Shown one piece after another: positions 26,148 through 32,000 of a stretch of 32,000 nucleotides of DNA. Position 1 is the stretch's first letter. Every line of letters starts with the position of its first letter. Below the pieces are notes generated by a model. It was not told the origin of the DNA. It saw nothing but the letters and a program-made list of their open reading frames with translations, and ran no database searches. Position numbers and translations under genes: made by a program. Source of the DNA: Candidatus Nanopusillus sp. (GTDB lineage: Archaea > Nanobdellota > Nanobdellia > Nanobdellales > Nanobdellaceae); assembly GCA_046536775.1 (NCBI GenBank), contig JAWDMD010000002.1, positions 1 through 32,000 on the forward strand, given 5' to 3'.

Positions 26148-27257
26148 ATGTTATGTAAGCATTTTCCAAAGTGTGGCGGTTGTCAAATTCAAAATTTATA
26201 TTATAATGAACAAATAGAATATAAAATAAAGAAATTTATTGATATATTTAAGAGGGAACCAGATGAAGTTATAAAATCACCGAAAATAATTTATTATAGA
26301 AATAGAATGGATTATGCTGTTGGTCCTAATTATGAAGTGGGATTAAAGGAATATGGAAAATGGTATTCATATGTAAATGTTGAAGAATGTTTTTTACAAT
26401 CTCAAGAATCAAATATAATAAGAAATAAATTTAGAGAATTTATAATAAACAAAAATTTAAAACCATGGGATACAAAAAAATATACAGGTTTTGTAAGATA
26501 TATTGTAATAAGAGAAGGAAAACTTACAAATGAGAGAATGATAAACATAATAACTTATAAAACAGATAATTTTGAATATTATAAAAATATATTTTTAGAA
26601 TTTTATAGTCAAATTAAAGATCATGTTAATTCATTTTATTGGTCAATAAATGATACAATTTCAGATGTTTCATATGGAAATATAAATTATTTATTATTTG
26701 GGGAAAAATATATTAAAGAAAAAGCCTTAGATAATTTTTATTATATTTCATCAAATAGTTTTTATCAGCCAAATAGCTATACAGCAGAAATATTATTAAA
26801 ATATGTAAGAGAATTTACAAATCCAAATGAAAAAGATGTAATCTATGATTTATATTCTGGTTCTGGTTTTTATGCAATAGAAATTGGGAAATATTCTAAT
26901 TATGTATATGCCGTAGATAATAATAATGGAAATTTTGAAATGTTTAATTTAAATAAAGAGATAAATAATATAAAAAGCGTGAGATTTTTATTATCTAATG
27001 TAGAAAATTTAGAAAAAATAAATGCAGATAAAATAATTATAGATCCGCCAAGGCCAGGAATAAATAAAAAAGTAATAAGAAAAATATTGGAATCTAATGC
27101 AAGGAAAATCATTTATGTTTCTTGTTATCCAGAAACACAAAAGAGAGATATAGATATTTTAATAAATAAAGGAAATTATAAATTGGAAAATATGATTTTG
27201 GTCGATCAATTTCCACATACATATCATATGGAGACAATTGCTTTATTAAATAAATAA
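26148..27257 (+). CDS. RumA/TrmA-family RNA (uracil-5)-methyltransferase
   Basis: N-terminal Cys cluster C-x5-C-x2-C (CKHFPKCGGC), SAM motif I DLYSGSGFYAIE, motif IV IIDPPRPG and the catalytic-Cys block YVSCYPETQKRD. No N-terminal TRAM domain precedes the cluster. Confidence 0.85.
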   Translation: MLCKHFPKCGGCQIQNLYYNEQIEYKIKKFIDIFKREPDEVIKSPKIIYYRNRMDYAVGPNYEVGLKEYGKWYSYVNVEECFLQSQESNIIRNKFREFIINKNLKPWDTKKYTGFVRYIVIREGKLTNERMINIITYKTDNFEYYKNIFLEFYSQIKDHVNSFYWSINDTISDVSYGNINYLLFGEKYIKEKALDNFYYISSNSFYQPNSYTAEILLKYVREFTNPNEKDVIYDLYSGSGFYAIEIGKYSNYVYAVDNNNGNFEMFNLNKEINNIKSVRFLLSNVENLEKINADKIIIDPPRPGINKKVIRKILESNARKIIYVSCYPETQKRDIDILINKGNYKLENMILVDQFPHTYHMETIALLNK

Positions 27258-27304
27258 CTACCTTTTAGGTAAAATTTATAATGTTTAAAATCTTTTAATT
27301 CATT

Positions 27305-28156
27305 ATGGTAAGGGCACAGTTTGGTTTGTCAACATTAATTATATTAATAGCAATAATAGTAACGGCAGCAGTAGCGGCTGGTGTAATAATATATACAGCA
27401 AGTTCTCTCCAATCAAAAGCACTACAAACAGGTGCACAAGCTGAGCAAAGAATAACAACAGGTATGCAAATTACACAAGTATTTGGATATCAATATGATC
27501 CATCAAGTGGCCAATTAAATAATTATTTACAGCAAATAACCGCTTTAGGACCGGTTGTATCATTAATGCCAGGTTCTAATCCAATTAATTTTGAATATGT
27601 AAGTACTTTAATTACAGATAGCAATGGAGATGTATATTCATATGCACCTTCACAATATGAGCCTACAGCAATATATGGTGTACTGCAAGGAGGAAGCTTT
27701 ATAATAACAGGATTTATGTTTAATGATCAGGTAAATGTATTAAATGTAACAATAAACAATTCACAAGAATGTTCTGCACTAAATAATCTTACAAATCAAT
27801 ATATATACACAAACTTTACATATATAAATGGAACTTTAGTTTCATGTATAATAGGATTAAATTCTTCAATAATTGGATATCCATTGAGTATAAATCAAGT
27901 ATTCCAAATATTGCAATCAATGAATGAAGCCGGAATTCAAAACCCATATGCAGTAATCGGGTTATCTGTGAGTCAGGAAAGTGTATATTTAACAACTGGA
28001 GAATTATATGAGATAATATATTATCTATCTAATGGATTATCAACAAACGAAAACTATAATATACAAATAACACCAGTAAATGGATATACATCTCAATATG
28101 GTGGAGCTATACCAGCAGTCTTATCCCAATCAGTAGTTTCTTTGGGAGGAAGTTAA
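27305..28156 (+). CDS. archaellin (archaeal flagellin, FlaB-type) with class III signal peptide
   Basis: MVRAQ-FGLSTLIILIAIIVTAAVAAGVIIY is a canonical archaellin N terminus. It is followed by LQSKALQTGAQAEQRITTGMQITQVFG and the LMPGSNPINF block. Confidence 0.8.
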   Translation: MVRAQFGLSTLIILIAIIVTAAVAAGVIIYTASSLQSKALQTGAQAEQRITTGMQITQVFGYQYDPSSGQLNNYLQQITALGPVVSLMPGSNPINFEYVSTLITDSNGDVYSYAPSQYEPTAIYGVLQGGSFIITGFMFNDQVNVLNVTINNSQECSALNNLTNQYIYTNFTYINGTLVSCIIGLNSSIIGYPLSINQVFQILQSMNEAGIQNPYAVIGLSVSQESVYLTTGELYEIIYYLSNGLSTNENYNIQITPVNGYTSQYGGAIPAVLSQSVVSLGGS

Positions 28157-28191
28157 AGATTTTAACTTTTTTAATTATCTTATAATTTATT

Positions 28192-28264
28192 GCCGCCGTA
28201 GCTCAGCTGGTAGAGCGGTGGACCTGTAATCCACAGGTCGTGGGTTCAAGCCCCACCGGCGGCA
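28192..28264 (+). tRNA. tRNA-Thr (anticodon UGU), with C at position 33
   Basis: 73-nt cloverleaf. Acceptor GCCGCCG/CGGCGGC, D arm GCTC-AGCTGGTA-GAGC, anticodon stem GTGGA/TCCAC with loop CCTGTAA, T arm GTGGG-TTCAAGC-CCCAC. CCA not encoded. A T-run follows. Confidence 0.85.
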
Positions 28265-28296
28265 TTTTTATATATTTTTTACAATTTAAGATTTAG

Positions 28297-28725
28297 ATGA
28301 AAAGAGTATTATATAAAGATAAGGTATTTTTATCAGAAGATAAGATTTTATATTTCTATGAAGTTTTATATTTATTAGAAAAAAAAGAAATTGAAGTATA
28401 TGATGAGAAAAATAATAAATTAGATATAGATTATTTTCTAGAAGATGAAAAAATTGAGTTATATTATGATGTATATAAGTATTTTAGAGAAAAAAATTAT
28501 TATTTGGGTACGGGATTAAAATTTGGTGGTATATTTAGAATATACGAAGATATCGAAGAACATTCAAAATGGGTTGCTATTCCAATAAATATTAATGAAA
28601 AAATAGATATATATGATTTTTTAGCAAAAAATAGAGTTGCACATAGTACTAGAAAAAGAATTTTATATTGTGTAAAGGATAATAATAATTATAGGTTTTT
28701 AGAAATAAGATGGAAAAAATTGTAG
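28297..28725 (+). CDS. endA: tRNA-splicing endonuclease, catalytic (alpha) subunit
   Basis: GLKFGGIFRIYEDIEEHSKWV and RVAHSTRKR carry the Tyr/His/Lys catalytic triad pattern of EndA. At 142 aa it is a single endonuclease unit. Confidence 0.8.
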   Translation: MKRVLYKDKVFLSEDKILYFYEVLYLLEKKEIEVYDEKNNKLDIDYFLEDEKIELYYDVYKYFREKNYYLGTGLKFGGIFRIYEDIEEHSKWVAIPININEKIDIYDFLAKNRVAHSTRKRILYCVKDNNNYRFLEIRWKKL

Positions 28726-29180
28726 TTAGAGAATTTAATAATAAATTTATTTTAAATAAGGAATTTTATGATAAAATAGGAAGAATTGGGAAAATGGATA
28801 AAGATCATATTATTTTAGAACCGGAAGAGTCTTTATATTGTATAAAAAAAGGATGGATAAAATTAGAAGGAATAAATAACTTTTTGGATTTTATTAAAAA
28901 ATACGAAAATATTCTAAATATGAAGAAATTTTATGTATTCGAAGATTTAAGAAATAAAGGATATTATCTAGATATAGAAAATGACTCAATTATCCTATAT
29001 ACAGATTATAAAAAAGAAAAGATCTTATACTATGTTTATCCAATATATGAAAATGAATTCTTATATATTAAAGATATTTTAAATTTTATGAATTCAAAGA
29101 ATCTAAATAAAATTTTATTGGCAATAATTGATATAGAAAATGATATAGTTTATTATGAAATAAATGAATTGTTTTTATAA
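28710..29180 (+). CDS. tRNA-splicing endonuclease, structural (beta) subunit
   Basis: EndA-like N-domain (ILEPEESLYCIKKGWIKLEG), the FYVFEDLRNKGYYL block and a C-terminal strand DIVYYEI, but no catalytic His/Lys pattern. Overlaps the alpha gene by 16 nt. Confidence 0.65.
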   Translation: MEKIVVREFNNKFILNKEFYDKIGRIGKMDKDHIILEPEESLYCIKKGWIKLEGINNFLDFIKKYENILNMKKFYVFEDLRNKGYYLDIENDSIILYTDYKKEKILYYVYPIYENEFLYIKDILNFMNSKNLNKILLAIIDIENDIVYYEINELFL

Positions 29181-29202
29181 AACTTTTTAACTATTTTTCT
29201 TA

Positions 29203-30573
29203 ATGGAAAGAGACCATATAGATATTGGAGATGATTTGGATATATTGGTAAAGCATGACAGGAGGATAGAAAAGTTAAATAGGAATTTTGGTGATCTTTT
29301 GGGAAAAGGTTTACAATTATTTTCTTTAGGAGGTGGATTAACATATTATATATTATCTCAAATATTGACAGATTTTCATCTTAAAAGAGGATACTATTTG
29401 GTAAGAACCCCCTTTATTACAAATACATTATTATATCAGATTTCAGGTCATCTTTCATATTATAAACAAAATATGTACATATTTAATATAGAAGATGAAG
29501 AATTTGCAATTAAACCAATGAATTGTCCACATCATATATTAATTTTCACTAATTTATTAGAAAAATATAGAAAAATAAAATTACCTTTTAGAACATTTGA
29601 ATTAGGTACTGTACATAGATATGAACCTTCAGGAAGTGTTTATGGATTATTAAGGGTGAGATCTTTTACACAAGATGATTCTCATGTATTTATTACTCCA
29701 AATTTATTGGAAAAGGAAATTGAAAAGTTAATGGATGAAATGATAATATTATATGAGAAAGTATTTAATATAAATTTAAAATCATCAGAATTTAAGGTAA
29801 GATTAAGTTTACATGATCCAAATAAGATGGATGAATATTCTGGTTCTAAAGAAGATTGGGAATATGTTGAAAATGTAATGAGAAATGTAATAAATAAATT
29901 ATCAAACAAATATAATTTTTCTACTTATGAAGGAATTGGAGAAGCTGCATTTTATGGTCCAAAATATGATTTTACATTAAAAATTGGGGAAAAAGAATGG
30001 CAATTAGGTACTATACAATTAGATTTCAATTTACCAAAGAACTTTAAACTTATTGAATTAGTAAAGGATTATTTTGGAATAGATAATTTATATATAATTC
30101 ATAGAGCCTATTTAGGATCTATAGAAAGATTTATTGGTGCATATTTAGAATCATTTAAGGGAAGATTACCATTTGTATTAACTCCAATTCAGGTTGCAAT
30201 ATTAGATATATTTACTGGAAATAAAGAAAAAGATAATAAAATAAAAGAATATGCAATGAAAATATATAATAATTTGAAAAATAAAGAGATTAGAGTTGTA
30301 AATATTGAAACTACGAAAACACAATTGAGTAATATGACAAGAATACTAGAATCAACATATAAACCATATATTATAATATATATTGGAGAAAAAGAAGTAA
30401 ATGATAATATATATTCAATAAGATATTATAATATAAATAGTAAAAATATTGAGGAAAAGAAAATAAAAGAAGAAGAAGTATATAATTTAATTGAAGGATT
30501 TGAAAAGCCATTGGAAGAATTAAATAATAAGAAATATAGAATATTTGAAGATTTTAACTTTATATTTGAATGA
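29203..30573 (+). CDS. thrS: threonyl-tRNA synthetase, catalytic core plus anticodon-binding domain only (no TGS or editing domain)
   Basis: Starts directly at the ME-RDH-IDIG motif that opens the class II core. Also has KPMNCPHH, motif 2 LLRVRSFTQDDSHVF and motif 3 GSIERFIGAYLE. At 456 aa there is no room for an N-terminal editing domain. Confidence 0.9.
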   Translation: MERDHIDIGDDLDILVKHDRRIEKLNRNFGDLLGKGLQLFSLGGGLTYYILSQILTDFHLKRGYYLVRTPFITNTLLYQISGHLSYYKQNMYIFNIEDEEFAIKPMNCPHHILIFTNLLEKYRKIKLPFRTFELGTVHRYEPSGSVYGLLRVRSFTQDDSHVFITPNLLEKEIEKLMDEMIILYEKVFNINLKSSEFKVRLSLHDPNKMDEYSGSKEDWEYVENVMRNVINKLSNKYNFSTYEGIGEAAFYGPKYDFTLKIGEKEWQLGTIQLDFNLPKNFKLIELVKDYFGIDNLYIIHRAYLGSIERFIGAYLESFKGRLPFVLTPIQVAILDIFTGNKEKDNKIKEYAMKIYNNLKNKEIRVVNIETTKTQLSNMTRILESTYKPYIIIYIGEKEVNDNIYSIRYYNINSKNIEEKKIKEEEVYNLIEGFEKPLEELNNKKYRIFEDFNFIFE

Positions 30574-31127
30574 AAAAGATTGATGAAGGTTGGCATTCTG
30601 AGATTTTTTTAACAGAAAATGGTACAATAATAAAAAAATTTAGGAATAAATTATATAAAAACTACGAAAAAGAAAAATATTTTTTAGATTTTTTAAGTAA
30701 TTATGGTTTTGTTCCAAAAATAATCTCTTATAATGATAAAAATTTGGAAATAGAAATGGAATATATTGACGGGAAAAAATTTGAAGATTTAGACATAGAA
30801 GAAAAGAAAAAATATTTAGATAGTATTTTAGATATTTTATTTTTATTAGATAGATTAAAAATTGAAAAAGGAGAAATGGGAAGGCCTTATCAACATATAA
30901 TTATTAAAGATAATAAAATTTATTTAATAGATTGGGAAAGAGCAAGATTAAAGGATAATCCCTCAAATATAACACAATTTATACAATATTTAATAAGTGA
31001 TAAAATAATCAATATTAATCAGGATTTAATAAATTTATTAAGAGAATATAAAAAATTTTATTCTGAAGAAATATTTAATAAAATTAAAGAAAAAATTAAA
31101 AGTATATTAAATAATAGAGGATATTAA
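30570..31127 (+). CDS. small atypical protein-kinase-fold protein (RIO/Bud32 superfamily, COG2112-like)
   Basis: 185 aa with a degenerate Gly-loop region, IIKKFR (VAIK-like Lys), a hinge MEYIDGKKF and ...GEMGRPYQHIII...IYLIDWERA in place of the HxDLxxxN/DFG motifs. Subfamily uncertain. Confidence 0.45.
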   Translation: MKKIDEGWHSEIFLTENGTIIKKFRNKLYKNYEKEKYFLDFLSNYGFVPKIISYNDKNLEIEMEYIDGKKFEDLDIEEKKKYLDSILDILFLLDRLKIEKGEMGRPYQHIIIKDNKIYLIDWERARLKDNPSNITQFIQYLISDKIININQDLINLLREYKKFYSEEIFNKIKEKIKSILNNRGY

Positions 31128-31198
31128 GCCTCCGTGGTGTAGTGGCAGCATACGGGACTGTCGATCCCGCGACCCGGGTTCAAATCCCGGCGGGGGCG
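31128..31198 (+). tRNA. tRNA-Asp (anticodon GUC)
   Basis: 71-nt cloverleaf. Acceptor GCCTCCG/CGGGGGC with a U4-G69 wobble pair. Anticodon stem CGGGA/TCCCG, loop CTGTCGA. T arm CCGGG-TTCAAAT-CCCGG. It starts on the base immediately after the TAA of the upstream CDS. CCA not encoded. Confidence 0.9.
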
Positions 31199-31204
31199 TT
31201 TTTT
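31199..31204 (+). terminator. oligo-T tract after tRNA-Asp (archaeal-type terminator candidate)
   Basis: T6 immediately follows the discriminator base. The convergent kinase gene has a T5 tract on its own strand in the same 17-nt gap. Oligo-T termination is the known archaeal mechanism, but T-runs are common in this AT-rich DNA. Confidence 0.4.
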
Positions 31205-31215
31205 AATAAAAATGA

Positions 31216-32000
31216 TTAAAATTCATTCAATATATATCTCTTAGCAATTTCATTTGCAAATAACAATCTATCTTTATTATCTAAATTCTTTAGATATCCG
31301 TGGAAATTTCCAGCATTCCAAGTATCGCCTGCACCTGTTAATATCATTGGTTTAACTTTCTCAATTTTTATATATATCTCTGATGGTAAAGAATAAACAA
31401 AATCTGAAGAATGAATGTCTAGATGTTCTATATTTAATATTTTATATAATTTATTTGCTAGATCTAACAAATTTTCATAATTCAATTTAAGGAAGTTTCC
31501 TAAATATTCCAATTCATATTCATTTAAACTTAAAACCCAAATTTTATTTTCTTTCAATATTTTAATTAATTCATTTAAATTTTCAATATTTATTGAAGGA
31601 TCACCTATATCCAAATAAATTTTAGCATCTCTATTTAAATTAATTATATATTTTAATAATTCATTGGATTTTTTATTATTATTCCAATTTCCAAAGAATA
31701 TATATTTTGTTTTCTTTAATATTTTTTCATATTTTTCTATTTCATCAATTCCAATTTGAATACCTTTTGGATCTGTTACCATAATTCTATCATCATCTTC
31801 TAAACTAATAGTAATGGAAATATCTGTATATATTGGTAAAAATCTTATCTTTAATTTTCTATCTTTTATATATTGTCTAAATATTAATTCTGAAATTTTA
31901 TTACATCCAGCTATTAATTTATTTTTAATTCCAATTTTACTTAATGCAATTGAAAAATTTGCAGCATTCCCTCCAATTTTTAATTTGATCTCCTGATTTA
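31216..32000 (-). CDS. PfkB/ribokinase-family sugar (or nucleoside) kinase, 5'-partial (continues beyond the window)
   Basis: C-terminal TGAGDTWNAGNF anion-hole/catalytic motif. My translation upstream of the track's Met stays open to the window edge and reads ...IGGNAANFSIALSKIGIKNKLIAGC..., the PfkB N-terminal signature. The gene therefore extends past 31782. Confidence 0.8.
   Translation of the reverse strand, partial: NQEIKLKIGGNAANFSIALSKIGIKNKLIAGCNKISELIFRQYIKDRKLKIRFLPIYTDISITISLEDDDRIMVTDPKGIQIGIDEIEKYEKILKKTKYIFFGNWNNNKKSNELLKYIINLNRDAKIYLDIGDPSINIENLNELIKILKENKIWVLSLNEYELEYLGNFLKLNYENLLDLANKLYKILNIEHLDIHSSDFVYSLPSEIYIKIEKVKPMILTGAGDTWNAGNFHGYLKNLDNKDRLLFANEIAKRYILNEF

Noticed and set aside
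28708-28725. Programmed -1 ribosomal frameshifting joining the endonuclease alpha and beta ORFs
   Set aside because: In the alpha frame the A6 tract does not form a canonical X-XXY-YYZ slippery heptamer (G-AAA-AAA / A-AAA-TTG). I see no downstream stem-loop or pseudoknot. Only the simpler alternatives are kept: two genes, or a homopolymer error.
30580-30601. C/D-like half unit (TTGATGA, 11 nt, CTGA) at the start of the kinase-fold gene
   Set aside because: Only one box pair is present, with an 11-nt spacer. No C'/D pair follows within 60 nt, and it lies inside a CDS, so it is consistent with chance. Other TGATGA hits (for example 10118, 14146-14152 minus, 21587, 21735, 22379, 28400) also lack a CTGA at the required 12-nt distance.
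30570-31127. Calling the 185-aa kinase-fold protein Bud32 and building a 'threonine/t6A' theme (tRNA-Thr, ThrRS, KEOPS) for the 28.2-31.2 kb run
   Set aside because: The catalytic-loop region (GEMGRPYQHIII...IDWERA) does not match the Bud32 HxDLTTSN/DFG pattern. It looks more like the COG2112/RIO-like small kinases, so the thematic link would be over-interpretation.
31814-31996. 60-aa plus-strand ORF at the window end
   Set aside because: It is antisense to the N-terminal part of the PfkB kinase gene. The minus frame reads IGGNAANFSIALSKIG... and stays open to the window edge.

Overview
Very AT-rich (by eye about three-quarters A+T), extremely compact archaeal chromosome segment. Neighbouring genes often overlap by 4-16 nt, and two junctions have zero spacer. 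Most content is housekeeping or information processing: RtcB RNA ligase, an unsplit family-B DNA polymerase, Pelota, an aIF2-alpha/Nop10/PAC2 cluster, L44e, a GINS subunit, TmcA, SufB, a RumA-type m5U methyltransferase, adjacent alpha and beta subunits of the tRNA splicing endonuclease, a ThrRS with no editing domain, and a TtuA/Ncs6-type thiolase. There are four GC-rich tRNA genes (Gln-UUG, Glu-UUC, Thr-UGU, Asp-GUC). The window also holds three class-III-signal-peptide (archaellin-like) genes, an A24 prepilin/preflagellin peptidase, and a run of Asn/Ser/Tyr-rich secreted proteins. A reverse gyrase ORF that stops after the helicase module, GC-rich tRNAs in an AT-rich background and the reduced gene set suggest a thermophilic Nanoarchaeota-like (DPANN) symbiont; this is inference, not a database result. 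I found no CRISPR array, transposon, integrase or recognisable defence island, so I cannot support a claim of a wholly new system here. Items worth a second look that the ORF track does not explain: a textbook C/D box sRNA on the minus strand at 10959-11008; a 58-aa Nop10 gene below the ORF cutoff; a perfect 183-bp direct duplication of an internal piece of a surface-protein gene; a roughly helically phased array of TTAACA-like motifs downstream of the split reverse gyrase gene; endonuclease alpha/beta genes overlapping on an A6 tract; a tRNA-Thr with C33; tRNA-Glu and tRNA-Asp sharing an identical 27-nt 3' segment; and a tRNA-Asp that starts on the base after a stop codon.
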